A stretch of 64,000 bases of DNA, from positions 1,672,490 through 1,736,489 of the forward strand of contig NC_057758.1 in assembly GCF_004010195.1 (NCBI RefSeq), read 5' to 3'. The translations under genes were made by a program, and so were the position numbers. This DNA is from Chiloscyllium plagiosum. Lineage: Eukaryota. This document shows positions 1 to 12,767 of this stretch, in pieces. How positions within the stretch are numbered: position 1 is the first letter of the stretch; each line of letters opens with the position of its first letter. The notes beneath the pieces were generated by a model, which saw only the letters and a program-made list of their open reading frames with translations, searched no databases and was not told the origin of the DNA.

Positions 1-90
1 AATTAACGTAATCCTTTTGACATGATTATACACCCTGTCGTGTATAACCTTTTCCAACGTCTGTAATTACTATGGTTGTCTCTCGTCCCC

Positions 91-411
91 TTAGATTAGA
101 TTAGATTCCCTACAGGACGGATTCGGGCATTCGGCCCAACAAGACCACACCGACTCTCCAAATAGTCACCCACCCAGACCCATTCTGGTACCCTGACTAA
201 TGCACCGAACACTATGGACAATTTAGAAAGACTAATTCACCTGACCTACACATCTTTGGATTGTGGGAGGAAATCGGAGCACCCAGAAGAAGCCCACGCA
301 AACATAGTGAGAATGTACAAATTCCACACAGACAGTCGCACGAGGCATGAAACGAGCTCGCGTTGCTGGCGCTGTGAGTCAGCAGTGCTATCCACTAAGT
401 GACTGTACCGT
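91..411 (-). mobile_element. HE1-type V-SINE (tRNA-derived), degenerate
   Basis: (TTAGA)n tail at the left end, V-domain (ctttggattgtgggaggaaatcggagcacccaga) and reverse tRNA-like head (gcagtgctatccact); homologous to the younger copies at 30301 and 56009. Confidence 0.9.
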
Positions 412-935
412 CATTCTTGAACAAGGGGACAACACTTGTTATCCGGTCTATTTCTGTCGACAATAACGATCAAAGCCAAAGTCTCTGCAACCTCCTCTCT
501 GGCTTCCCGGTGAATACGAGGATCAATCCTATTTGGCCCAGGGGACTTACCTATTTTCGCAGTTTCCAGAATTGCTGACACCTCCTTATTACCCTCAATC
601 CAGTAATCTATTCGCCTCTATTTCAGTATTCTCCTTGGCAACATTGTCTTTTTCCAGTGTGAATCTGACAAATAATATTCATTTAGCAGTTCTCCTATCT
701 CATCAGACACCACGCGCAAAAGCGCACTACTGTCCTTGTTTGGCCCGAATCTTACTCTATTCACTGTTTTATTCCTGATTTGCCGACATAAAACTTTAGG
801 GTTTTCCGTGATCCTGCTAACCAACGACTTCACATGTCCCCTCCTCATTCTTCTTAGCTCTCTCTTTCAGTCTTTCCTGGAGAACTTGTAACTCCCAAAT
901 GCCAGAGCTCAGCCTTCACTTCTCATCCTCACATG

Positions 936-1050
936 CTCATGCCAGAAACGTCGATTTTCCTGCTCCTTGGATGCTGCCTGACCTGCTGCGCTTTTCCAGC
1001 AACACATTTTCAGCTCTGATCTCCAGCATCTGCAGTCCTCACTTTATCCT
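936..1050 (+). mobile_element. PLE pseudo-LTR fragment (family A)
   Basis: gaaacgtcgattttcctgctccttggatgctgcctgacctgctgcgcttttccagc...ctgcagtcctcacttt is the reverse complement of 1246-1360. Confidence 0.85.
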
Positions 1051-1340
1051 AATCGCCTTTCCCTCAAATATAAATCTCTCCCTGCGGTATATATCTTTCC
1101 CTTTCCATCTCAAAAGTAAACATAATCGAATTATGGTCACTGTCATAAACTGCTCACCCGCCTCCAAATCAAAGACCTGGCCTTGTTCATTAGCCAGTGC
1201 TAAATCGATTGTGGTTTCACTCCTTGTTGGCCTGTCTACATACTTTGAGGAGAAAGTGAGGTCTGCAGATGCTGGAGATCAGAGCTGAAAATGTGTTGCT
1301 GGAAAAGCACAGCAGGTCAGGCAGCATCCAGGGAACAGGA

Positions 1341-1378
1341 GAATCGACGTTTCGGGCATAAGCCCTTCTTCAGGAATG
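1341..1378 (-). ncRNA. Minimal type I hammerhead ribozyme motif in the PLE pseudo-LTR
   Basis: Minus strand reads cattc-CTGAAGA-a-gggc(ttat)gccc-GAAA-cg-TC-gattc: CUGANGA and GAAA cores, perfect stem II, palindromic minimal stem III; stem I is weak (U-U mismatch). Confidence 0.65.
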
Positions 1379-1491
1379 AGGAAAGTTTGTCCAGCAGGCT
1401 AAGATAAAAGGTAGGGAGGAGGGACTTGGGGGAGGGGCGTCGGAAATGTGATAGGTGGAAAGAGGTCAAAGTGAGGGTGATAGGTCAGACT

Positions 1492-2048
1492 NNNNNNNNN
1501 NNNNNNNNNNNNNNNNNNNNNNNNNNNNNNNNNNNNNNNNNNNNNNNNNNNNNNNNNNNNNNNNNNNNNNNNNNNNNNNNNNNNNNNNNNNNNNNNNNNN
1601 NNNNNNNNNNNNNNNNNNNNNNNNNNNNNNNNNNNNNNNNNNNNNNNNNNNNNNNNNNNNNNNNNNNNNNNNNNNNNNNNNNNNNNNNNNNNNNNNNNNN
1701 NNNNNNNNNNNNNNNNNNNNNNNNNNNNNNNNNNNNNNNNNNNNNNNNNNNNNNNNNNNNNNNNNNNNNNNNNNNNNNNNNNNNNNNNNNNNNNNNNNNN
1801 NNNNNNNNNNNNNNNNNNNNNNNNNNNNNNNNNNNNNNNNNNNNNNNNNNNNNNNNNNNNNNNNNNNNNNNNNNNNNNNNNNNNNNNNNNNNNNNNNNNN
1901 NNNNNNNNNNNNNNNNNNNNNNNNNNNNNNNNNNNNNNNNNNNNNNNNNNNNNNNNNNNNNNNNNNNNNNNNNNNNNNNNNNNNNNNNNNNNNNNNNNNN
2001 NNNNNNNNNNNNNNNNNNNNNNNNNNNNNNNNNNNNNNNNNNNNNNNN
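1492..2048. other. Assembly gap (N run)
   Basis: Run of N. Confidence 1.
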
Positions 2049-3752
2049 TCGGGAAGTGGGAGAGATGCGGTGGAGGGCATCGTCGACCACGTTGGGGGGG
2101 AAATTGCGGTCCTTGAAGAAGGGGGCCATCTGTGTTGTACGTATTTTGTACTGGTCCTCCTGGGAGCAGATGCGGCGGGGTCGAAGGAATTGGGAGAATG
2201 GGATGGCGTTTTTACAGGGGGCAGGATGGGAGGAGGTGTAGTCCAGGTAGCTGTGGGAGTCGTTTGGTTTGTAGTAGATGTCCGTGTTGATTCGGTCTAC
2301 ATACATTGTCAGGAAACCATCCTATACACATTGGACAAAAACTTACCCATTCAAAATACTCGAACTATAGTCAATGTTTGGAAAGTTAAAGATAGCCTCA
2401 CAACTACCATGTTACTCTTGCTACATTCCAGGATATTCTTTGCGATTCTTCCCTCTACATCTCTGGAACTATTCGTAAGCTTATAGAATACTCCCAACAG
2501 TGTGATCTTTTCTGTTCTGTTTCTAACCTGTGCCCATGCTAACTTAGTAGATTTCCATTCTGCCATTTTAGTACTATTATTGACCAACAATAACATATCT
2601 CCCCCTCTTTTTCAATCTTCTCTGTTCTTACTGAAACATCTCAACAACCATTCCTGTCTCTGTTCTATCCATGTCTCTGGAATGGCTTCAGAATCAAAGT
2701 CCTAGGTACCAATCCATGCTGCAAGTTCACTCACCTTATTCCGGATGCTCCGAGATTCGAAATAGACACACTTCAAATCAGCTTCCTGCTTGCCTGTGCA
2801 TTCTGACCTCACTACTCTTAACCTCCTGGATACTGGAACTGAAATTTATGTTCTCAGTCTCCTATTGTACACCCTTCCGGAGAGCATTAGCAAATGCCCC
2901 CAGGATATTGGTTCAGGTGTAGGCCATGTTGTTTCTAGAGGCCCCGCCTACACCAGAAAGAGCCCCAGTTATGCATATGTCAGAAGCCCACCGTGGTAGG
3001 GTAACAAAGCAGAGAGAACAACTCTGTCTGTTAGAGGTTTCAGCTTCCACTCGAGCTCCCTGATGTTCTGCGTTGATCCTCATCCCATTTCCTAACTGTG
3101 TCGTTAGTGACTATGTTAAGACGAAGTGGGGCTGCTGCATCCCCCCCAGGATGTCGATCTGAGACATCACAAACCCTGGCATTGGTAGGTAACGCACCAT
3201 CCGCGAGTCTCTCTCGTGCCGACTGAACGTCCGACCTGTTCTCCTAACTATGCATTCTCTAATGACTAATGTTGTGCTCCTCTCCTCCCTTCCCTTCTAA
3301 GCAACGGGGTCAGAATCTGTGCCAGATTGCTTACCTCATACCCCGACCAACAGTGTTCAAAACAATATACTTGTTATTGAAGGGAGTGGCCACAGGGTCT
3401 CCTTGCACTGTCTGCCAGTTCCCTTCCCGTTCTCTGCCTGTAACCTATCTGCCTTTATGTACCTGAGGTGTGACTGCCTCCCTGTAATTCCTCCCAATAA
3501 CTACCTCTGCCATCTGAATAATCCGAAGCATATCCAGTTCCAGCTCTAGTTCACTTACTCGGTTTTCAAGGAGCTGGGGTTGGATACACTTTCCGCAGAT
3601 GAAGTCAGCAGAGGTAATTGTGGTGACCCTTATCTCCCATATTCTGCAGGAGGAACATTCAACTGCCCCAATCTACTGTCCCACTGTTGCAAATTCCAAA
3701 AGATACTGTTGAAAAATAATTAATTATGAAAAATAAAAAGCGTTTGAAAGAT

Positions 3753-4066
3753 GGGGGTGGCATGGTGGATCAATGGTTAGCACTGCTGTTTCACAGCGGA
3801 AGGGACCCGGGTTCGTTTCCCACCTCTGTCTCTGTTGAGTTTGCACATTTTCCCCGTGTCTGCGTGCATTTGCTCCAGTTTCCTCCCACAGTCCAAAAGT
3901 TGGTCAGGTGAATTGGCCATGCTAAGTTATCCATAATGTTAGGTACATTAGTCAGGGGTAAATATAGGGAGGTGGGAATGGCTCTGGGTGGTTTCCTCTT
4001 CGGAGGGATGGTGTGGGCTTGTTGGGCCGAATGGCCTGTTTTCATATTGTAGGTAATCTAATGTAA
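3753..4066 (+). mobile_element. HE1-type V-SINE
   Basis: Head ggtggcatggtggatcaatggttagcactgctg with B-box ccgggttcg, V-domain, tail gggccgaatggcctgttttc...taatctaa. Confidence 0.9.
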
Positions 4067-4214
4067 AGTCGATACAGAGAATGTTGCAGCAGCCATGATT
4101 TTGTTGATTGGCAGAGTAGTTTTGAGGGGGCAAACATTTACTGCTCGTCCTCTATCTTACACTACTTCTTTTGGCTGAATTAAAATAATTAAAATTAATT
4201 TGTTGGCAGTTCTC

Positions 4215-5320
4215 TGCATTACAAATGAGGCTCCAATCCTACTGAGCTCCCGAGACTGGAGGGCCGTATCGAGAATGTCGGACAAGTGAGTTATATCACC
4301 AAGATGAACTTACTGCGTGGTTACTAGCAGGTAACTTTGTCAGAGACAGTGAAAGACATTCCTGCATTTGTAACCCCAAATGGGCTATATCAATTTAAAG
4401 TGGTGCCCTTTGGAAAGAAGAATACAGCCGACTCATGAACAGAGCTGTGCCTGCGTTAACGAACTGTGCAATCCACGATAATGTTGTCGTGATGTTTTGT
4501 AAGTCCTAGACAGATCACATGGTTTGGCAGTGCTCTTTGGACCTCTACAAGAGCAAAACTAGTAATAAACTTAAACAAAACTGAATTCGTGAAAGCAGAT
4601 GTGATGTTCTTGGGCTATCACATTGGTCATGGAAAGTTTACCCCAAGGAACGCAAAGGTGAAGGCCATCAAGGAATATCCACGACCAACCTCGAAGTAAG
4701 GGATGCTTCAATTCTTAGCTCATATCGGATTCTATTCAGAAGTTTGTTCCAAACTAGAAAGTGTAATGGAAAGTGTTAACCAATTTGCTGAAAACGAACA
4801 CAGAGTTTCATTGGACAGAACAATGCCTCGAGGCAGTCGGCCATTTTAACGCAATATTAGCCACCAAACAAGTTTTAGCTACACCAAACTTTTCAAAACC
4901 TTTTGAAGTTGCAATCGATGCTAGTGACATAGGAGTTGGAGTTGTCCTGCTCTAGAAAGATGCGAATGAGATTGAGCTGCTAGTTAGTTACTATTCGGAG
5001 AACTCCACATCCACCAGACGAAACACGCCACGATCGAAAAAGCACTATTGAGTTTGGCATTGGCCATGCAACCTTATAATGTGTATGTCGTGAACAATGC
5101 ATCAGAGACGGTTGTGTACATGGAACCTCGTACATTCGTAGAACGCTTCAAAGACAAGAATATGAGACTATTTCGTTGATGTCTTATTTTGCAAACTTTT
5201 CATTTAAAAAAAACATATATGTTGTGGGGGTTGTAAGAATTTATTCACAGATGCATTATCGCAGATTTAATTGATAAAGTTTAGATGATATTTGTGTTTC
5301 GTCCAATGTTTTATATATAG
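4215..5320 (+). mobile_element. Gmr1-type Gypsy pol fragment (RT-RNase H, frame ends after RNase H)
   Basis: PRLEGRIENVGQVSYITK, AFVTPNGLYQFKVVPFG, LATPNFSKPFEVAIDASDIGVGVVLL, KNLFTDALSQI-stop at 5268-5270; homologous to 20974-22030 on the minus strand. Confidence 0.85.
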
Positions 5321-5329
5321 ATAGGTAGC

Positions 5330-7098
5330 CAGAAAGGCCAATTTTGTCGGTATTAGGCAAGAACTTTCAAAAGCTGATTCGGGGCAGATATTCGCAGGTG
5401 AAGAGACGGCTGGAGAATGGGAAGCCTTCAGAAATGAGACAACGAGAATCCAGAGAAAGCATATTCCTGCTAGAGTGAAGGGAAAGGCTGGTAGGTATAG
5501 GAATGCTGGATGACTAAAGAAATTGAGGGTTTGGTTCAGAAAATGAAGGAAGCATATGTCAGATATAGACAGGATAGATCGAGTGAATCCTTAGAAGATT
5601 ATAAAGGCAGTAGGAGTATACTTAAGAGGGAAATCAGGAGGGAAAAAGGGGGACATGAGATAGCTTTGGGAAATAGAATTAAGAAGAATCCAAAGGATGT
5701 TTACAAATACATTAAGGACGAAAGGTAACTGGGGAGAGAATAGGGCCCCTCAAAGATCAGCAAGGCGGCCTTTATGTGGAGCCGCAGGAGATGGGGGAGA
5801 TAGTAGATTTTGCATGGAAGACATAGGATGTAGAAAAATAGATGGTGACACCTTGTAAAATGTCCATATTGCAGAGGAGGAAGTGCTGGATGTCTTGAAA
5901 TGCACAAAGGTGGATACATCCACAGGACCTGATCAGGTGTACCCGAGAACTCTGTGGGAAGCTAGGGAAGTGATTGCTGTGCCTCTTGCTGACATATTCA
6001 CATCATCGGTAGTCACAGAGGAGGTGCTGGAAGACTCGAGGTTGGCTAACGATTTGCCACTGTTTAAGAAGGGACAAGCCAGGGAACTATAGACCAGTGA
6101 GCCCGACGACGGTGGTGGGCACGTTGCTGGTGGGAATCCTGAGGGACAGGATATACATGTACTGGGAAAGGCAAGGACTGATTAGGGATAGTCAACATGG
6201 TTTTGTGCGTGGGAAATCATGTCTCACCAACTTTATTGACTAGTTTGAACAAGTAACACAGAGGATTGATGAGGGCAGAGCTATAGATGTGATCCAAATG
6301 GACTTCAGTAAGGTGTTCCACAATGTTCCCCATGGGAGACTGGTTAGCAAGTTTAGATCTCACGGAATACAGGGAGAACTAGCCATTTGGGTACAGAACT
6401 GGCTCAGAGGTAAAAGACAGATGGTGGTGGTGGTGGAGGTGTTGCTTTTCAGGTTGTAGGCCTGTGAACGGTGGACTGCGACAAGGATCGGTGCTGGTAC
6501 CTCTACGTTTTGTCATTTATATGAATGATTTGGATGCGAATATTAGAGGTATAGTTAGTAAGTTTGCAGATGACAAGAAAATTGGAGGTGTAATGGACAA
6601 CGAATTACCTCAGATTACAACAGGAGTTTGACCAGATGGGCCAATGGGCTGAGAAGTGGCAGATGGAGTTTAATTCAGGTAAATGTGAGGTGCTGCATTT
6701 TGGGAAAGCAAATCTTAGAGGATTTTTATACTTAATGGTATAATCCTAGGGAGTGTTGCTGAACAAAGAGACCTTGGAATGCAGGTTCATAGCTCCTTGA
6801 AAGTAGAGTCGCAGGTAGATATGATAGTGAAGAAGGCGCTTCCTTTATTGGTCAGAGTATTGAGTACAGGAGTTGTGAGGTCATGTTAGGCTGTACAAGA
6901 CATTGGTTAGGCCACTGTTGGAATTATTCCGTGCAATTCTGGTCTTCTTCCTATCGGAAAGATGTTGTGAAACTTGAAAGGGTTCAGGTGCTGGCAGGTG
7001 GGACTAGATTGAGTTAGGATATCTGGTCGGCATGGACGGGTTGGACAGAAGTGTCTGTTTCCATGCTGTATATCTCTATGACTCTATGACTCTATGAC
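5330..7098 (+). mobile_element. CR1 LINE ORF2 (RT) fragment with 3' tail
   Basis: GPDQVYPRTLWEARE, SQHGFVRGKSCLTN, QGSVLVP, SKFADDKKIGG motifs; (CTATGACT)n tail; multiple stops and deletions. Confidence 0.92.
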
Positions 7099-7205
7099 CT
7101 GAAACATTAACTCCGATTTCACTTCACAGATGCTGCCTGGACTGCTGAGCTTTTCAAGCAACTTCTGCTTTTGTTTCTCATTTACAGCATCCACAGTTCT
7201 TTCCA
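7098..7205 (+). mobile_element. PLE pseudo-LTR fragment (family C)
   Basis: gaaacattaactc...cacagatgctgcc...ctgctgagcttttc; similar to 17347-17470, 33177-33270 and 43985-44070. Confidence 0.65.
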
Positions 7206-7229
7206 TTTTTGCATATTGACCAAATCATT

Positions 7230-7512
7230 GGATTGGCAATCCAGAGACCAAGATAATGTTCTGCTGTTCCAGGTTGAAATGGCTCCTATGGAGATGGTGG
7301 GATTCCAATTCAATGAAAATCCGGAATTAAGAGTCCAGTAATGACCATGGTCGATGATCAGGAAATGTCAACCTTGTTCGCTTGTGGGTTTTCAGGAAGG
7401 AAGCTGCAAACCTTACCTGATCTAGCCTGTTGTAATTCCAGACACACAGAAATGTGATTGACTCATACCTGTCTTTTGGAATGTGTATTAAATGTTGATC
7501 AATCCAGCGACA
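7230..7512 (+). mobile_element. Old shark tRNA-derived SINE with LINE-type tail
   Basis: Core ttcaggaaggaagctgc..ccttacctgatctagcct..tccagacacacagaaatgtgattgactc shared with 59655-60000 and, inverted, with 44925-45115. Confidence 0.65.
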
Positions 7513-7515
7513 CCT

Positions 7516-10500
7516 TAGACCATAGACCATAGAACAATACAGCGCAGAACAGGTCCTTCGGCCCTTACTGTTGAGCCAGCCTGTGAACTAATCTAAGCCC
7601 ATCCGACTACACCATCGCATCATCCCTGTTCTTATGCAAGGGTTGTTTAAATGCCCCCAACGTAGCTGACTTCACTGCTTTGGCTGGCAGGACATTCTCC
7701 GCCTTTACAACTCTATGACTAGAGAAACTGCCTCTGACATCTGTCTTAAATCTATCAACCCTCAATTTGTCCCCTTGTACAAGCTGATGTCATCATCAAA
7801 GGATAAATGCTTTCACTGCCAACCCTATCTAAACGTTTGATCATCTTCTATATTTCTATCAAATCCACTTAGCCTTCTTCTTTACAATGAGAATAGACCC
7901 AAGTCTCTCAGCCTTTCCTCATAAGACCTTTCCTCCAGACCAGGCAACATTCTGGTAAATCACCGACGCACCTTTTCCAATGCTTCCACACCCTTCCTGT
8001 AATGGGGCGATCGCAACTAGACAAACTATTCCAAGTGCGGCCACACTAGTGTTGTGTATAGTTGCAGCATGACATTACGGCTTTGGAAATCAATCCCTCT
8101 ACCAATGAAACCTAACACACAGTATGCCTCCTTAACAGCACTATTAATCATCGTGGCAGCTCTCATGGATCTATGTACATGTTTTCCAAGTTCCCTCTGC
8201 AGTCACCGGACCAAGAATGTTTCTATTGACCCAGTATTCTGCCTTCCTGTTATTCTTCCCAAAATGAATCACCTCACATTTATCTGCATTGAACTTCATT
8301 TGCCAACTCTCAGCTCAATTCTTCAGTTTATCTAAGTCCCCCTGCAACATTCTTCGATACTATCAACGGCTCCACCCATTTCAGTGTCATCTATAAACTT
8401 ACTAACCCATTCACCTATGCCTGCGTCCAAATTGTTTATCAAAATGACAAAGAGCAGTGGTCCCAAAACAGATCCTTATTGCACACCTCCTGTATCTGGA
8501 CTCCAGGCTGAATATTTTCCATCAACCAACACTCGCTGCCTTCTTACAGAAAGACACTTCTTAATCCAAACTGCTAAATCACCCTCAATCCCAAAACTCT
8601 GTATTTTCTCCAGCGGCCAACCATGTGGAACCTGATTACAGGGTTTACTGATGTCCATGTACAGCAAGGCAACTGTCCTCCCCTCATCTACATGCTTAGT
8701 CACCTTCTGAAAAAAATCAATGAGGTTTGTGAGACGAACAAATTGTTGCTGGCTAGATGATGATAAATCTCTCTCATAATCCTTTCCAAAGCTTCTCAAG
8801 CAACATATGGAAAGCTTACTGGACTATAATTCACCTGGGTCATCGCCACTGCTCTCTTGAACAAGGGCACATTTTCCACCCTCCAGTCCTCTGGTACAAA
8901 ACCTGAAGCCAATGACGTCTCAAAGATCAAGGCCAAAGGCGCTAAGATCTCCTCCCTGGCTTCCAAGAGAATCCTCGGATGAATACCATCCGGCCCAGGC
9001 GACTTGTCTACTTTCTCTCCTTCTAGAATTGATAGCACCTTCTCCTTACTAACCTTAATCCTTTCTAGTAATATATCCCGTATGTCATGCTTCTCCTCTT
9101 CAATATTCTCCTTTTCCTGAGTGAAAACCGATGAGAAATATTTGTTTAGCCCCTCTCCGATATCCACAGGGTCTATACACAACTTACCACTTTTGTCTTT
9201 GACTGGGCCTATTCCTACCGTAGTCATCCTTTTATTCCTCACATGCCGATAGAAAGCTTTAGGCTTCTCCTTTATTCTATCTGCTAAAGACTGCTCATGT
9301 AATCTCCCTGCTTGTCGTGATTCTCTCTTTCAATCCTTCTTAGCTAATCTGTAACTCTCTATCACCTCATCTGAACCATCTTGTCTCACGGTCACATAAG
9401 CCTCCTTCTCTAGCTTAACAAGAGATGCAACTTCTGTAATAAACCACGGTTCCCTTACGTTATCTCTTGCCTGACAAGGACATACCTATCAAGGATACGC
9501 AATGTCTGTTTCTTGAACCAGCTCCACATTTTGATTGTCCCCATTCCCTGTATTTTGCTTCCCCCATTCTATGAGGAGAAAGTGAGGTCTGCAGATGCTG
9601 GAGATCAGAGCTGAAAATGTGTTGCTGGAAAAGCGCAGCAGGTCAGGCAGGGCTTATGCCCGAAGAAGGGCTTATGCCCGAAACGTCGATTCTCCTGTTC
9701 CCTAGATGCTGCCTGACCTGCTGCGCTTTTCCAGCAACACATTTTCAGCTTCCCCCATTCTATGCATCATAAGTCTTGATTAATCGCATTATAATTGCCC
9801 TTCCCCCAACTGCAACTCTTTCCCTGTGGGATGTACCTATCCCTTTCCATTGCTCAACTAAACGCAACCAAATTATGGGTATTCTCTCAAAAGTGCTGAC
9901 TAAATCAAACATCTGACCCGGCTCATTACCAAGCACCAGAACCAGTGTGGCCTTCCCTCTTGTCAGTCCTTCGACATACTGCGTCAGGAAACACTCCAGC
10001 ACAGACTGGACGAGAAGTGATCTTTCCGACGAACTAGAGTTGTAGCATTTCTCGTCAACGTTGGGGAAGATAAATTCCCCAAAACGCCAACCTGTTACTT
10101 TACTCTCTGAGCCAGAATAATTTTGCTGATCCTCTCCTGTACATTCCTGGAACTCTGCAGGAGTTCTGGCATTGTGACCGCTCCTCTCCTGTTTCAAGCC
10201 TCAGCCCATACCACCTCAGTCGACGAGTCCTCGTCAAAAGTTCTTTCAGCAATCATTATACTGTCCTTGACTAATAAGGTCACACCGCCCCCTCTGTTAC
10301 TGTTTTCCCTGTTCATAATAAAATGTCTAAATCCTGAAACCTGCAACGTCCATTCCTGCCGCTACTCTATCCATGTCTCCAAAATGGCCACAATATCGAA
10401 GTCCCAGGTACGTGTACATGCTGCAAGCTCACCTACCTTATTTTGGATATTTCTGGCGTTGAAGTAGGTGCACTTGAAACAAGCATGCTGTCTGCCAGCA

Positions 10501-11640
10501 CATTTCAGTCTCCGTGAAATCCTGTCCATTCCCTCCCTACTCTCATTCTCCTGTGCACTGGAACTACACCTCAGGTTCCCATCCCCCTGATGAGATAGTT
10601 TAAAACCAACCGAATAGCACCAGCAAATTTCCCACCCTAGATATTCGTGCCCTCTAGTTCAAGTGAAGATTGCCCTGCTTGCAGAGTCCCACCTACCCCA
10701 GAATGAACCCAAATTTTCCATGCATCTGAAACCCTCCCTTCTGCACCATCCCGGCAGCCACATGTTCAGCTGATATCTCTCCCTATTCCTTGTCTCGCCA
10801 TCACATGGCACGGGTAATAAACCAGAGATAACAACTCTGTTCAAGCTCAGAGCATGTAGCCTAGCTCTCTGGAATCCTACCTGACATTCCTGTTCCTCTT
10901 TTTGACTATGTGGACAATGATTTGGGGCTGGTCACCTCATCCTTCAGTTCACTGAAGACTCGATCCGATTCATCACGTACCCTGGCACATGGGAGGCAAC
11001 ATAGTCTCGTTCGTTCCTAACAAACCTTCTATCTGACCCTCTAACAATTGAGTCCCCAATGACTAACACTCTCCTCCTTTCATTCCTTCCCATCTGTGCA
11101 ACAGGAACTGTGTCTTTGCCAGAGCCATGCGCTCCACTGCATACCCTGGTGCGTCCCCCACCCCCAACAGTACCCAAAACGGTATACTTGTTTTTCAGGG
11201 TAACGACCATACGGGATCTGTGCCCTGACTGTTTCCCTCCATCGAACAGTTACCCAGCTTTTTTCGTTCCTAGGAGTAACTACTTCCCTAAAACTCTTAT
11301 CTATAGCAGCCTCTGTCTCTCAAATGATCCGAACTTCATCCAGCTCCTGCTCCAGTTCCCTAACGCGGTCTTGGAGGAGAGAGAGTTGGGTGCACTTCCT
11401 GCACATGCACTGGGATAGGACACTAATGGCGTCCCTCAACTCAAACATCATGCAGAAGGAACATTCCTCTCTCTGCACTGCCATCCCTGCTAGTCGTCTT
11501 CTCAGAGTGTTATAAAAAAGAATACAAACTTACCTGATATGTTCCTGGTGTTTAAGGTTAGAGGAGGTGGTTGGGTGTGAGGCCCTACAAAGCTGCCAGG
11601 GTCTCGGGTTTAGAAAATACTCAAATACATAACTGGAGGG
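7516..11640 (-). mobile_element. Near full-length degenerate CR1 LINE (ORF1 zinc finger + SGNH esterase, ORF2 APE-RT)
   Basis: ORF1 VLVIGDSIVRGSDR and RVVISGLLPVP...WCRREGF; ORF2 DKSPGPDGIHPRIL, LYMDISKP..QVPH; (TCTATGG)n-like tail at 7516. Confidence 0.92.
9572..9750. mobile_element. Short hairpin PLE derivative (two inverted pseudo-LTR pieces, family A) inserted in the CR1
   Basis: Perfect 42-bp inverted repeat 9609-9650/9709-9750; 17-bp TSD gcttcccccattctatg at 9557-9573 and 9748-9764. Confidence 0.9.
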
Positions 11641-11999
11641 AAATAAAATCTTGTCAATTAATTATTTTAAAAGTCAATTCAGCATTAACCTTTCATTCTT
11701 GATCACTGTTTTCCCACTAAGGATTTAATTTCTCCTTCGAGGAGCTGATCTCATCACCATCCAAAGTTGAAAGAACCCAACAAGCCTCCAAGACCGGCTC
11801 TGCAGCGGTGTATGTCTGCAGAATGTGTTTAAGTCAGTCTGGGTGGCATTGGTCTGTCATTTGTTGTTAATATGAGAAGTAATAGCAAGAACGTATTTTC
11901 TGCTTATTTCCACATTTTGAAAGCAGCCTTGTCTTCCTAAATCTTCTTCAGCTTTTTTTAAATTCGCTTTCAGGGTATTCAAGAAAAGAAATGTTTTAA

Positions 12000-12540
12000 C
12001 TCCCCGACGGGAAGTGGGAGTTGTTGGCGTTGTCATCATTCGTTGCCCTTCTGAAAATTATGGTCAGATGTCTTTTTTGAATTTTGTGTGTATAGATCCA
12101 CAGTGGTGTTAAGGAGGTATGTGCTCTGTGACACCGAGGAAACAGTGATATAATACAAAGTCAGGAGACTAACTGACTTGTCGGGGAAATTATAGGTAGT
12201 TATGAAGCCATAAATCGGCTGACACTATCCATTTGGATAGTTTTTACCATGTGTTTGGATGGTGCCATTGAAGGATCCTTGTTGAACTTCTGCAGTGCAT
12301 TGTGTACACACTAATGTTACTGTGCGCCAATGTAGTGAATGGGCATGGATGAGATGACAATTAAGCAAACTGCGTTCTGCTGACTGGTGCAATCTTCTTC
12401 AGCGTTGATAGTGCTGCACTCATCCAGGCTTGTAAAAACATCTCATGATGCCTTTAACTTATGCCTTGGAAGAAGTAGATAGATTTTGTTTTGTCAAGAT
12501 ATGAGCTACTCACTGCAGGCTTCCTGGATTCTCTTAAGAT
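12000..12540 (-). mobile_element. Old LINE 3' fragment (CR1/L2-group)
   Basis: Degenerate similarity to 54085-54390; LINE 3' end in reverse. Confidence 0.5.
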
Positions 12541-12554
12541 GCGAGTCTTGAACC

Positions 12555-12765
12555 GCTCTGGAAATTAATCCAAACAAGCAGGAAAGCTCCCCTCGCCTCG
12601 TAATCAGATAAAATGTGTGAATGAAAGAAGATCCATGATATCCACCGAGTAAATAAAAGTAACAATTTATTTATTTAAGCCGTGAAGACTAACCAAGACT
12701 ATCAACAAATCAAAGTCTCTATCCCATAATAACCACTATCCCTTAGCAGAACACAATTCTACTAA
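12555..12765 (-). mobile_element. Fragment of a Gmr1-type LTR
   Basis: aattaatccaaaca..aagctcccctcgcctcgtaatc..taaaatgtgtga resembles 26767-26830 and 20085-20140. Confidence 0.6.
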
Positions 12766-12767
12766 AG

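Larger units (their letters stand above)
1246..2294 (-). mobile_element. 5'-truncated Penelope-like retroelement (RT thumb region to 3' pseudo-LTR); centre lies in an N gap
   Basis: Peptide DIYYKPNDSHSYLDYTSSHPAPCKNAIPFSQFLRPRRICS typical of PLE RT; 10-bp direct repeat gtctacatac at 1234-1243 and 2295-2304 (TSD). Confidence 0.9.
415..3700 (-). mobile_element. CR1 (HER1-like) LINE, 5' half, internally deleted, interrupted by PLE insertions at 936-1050 and 1246-2294
   Basis: Minus-strand peptides: APE region (WAQVRNRTEKITLLGVFY...SSRDVEGRIAKNIL), linker (GHVKSLVSRITENPK), ORF1 zinc-finger/coiled coil (CGKCIQPQLLENRVSELELEL) near 3540-3600. Confidence 0.8.

Noticed and set aside
1426..2486. Long ORFs (204-343 aa) in the ORF track, and similarly 22597-24087
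   Set aside because: Length comes from N runs; the real parts are PLE fragments
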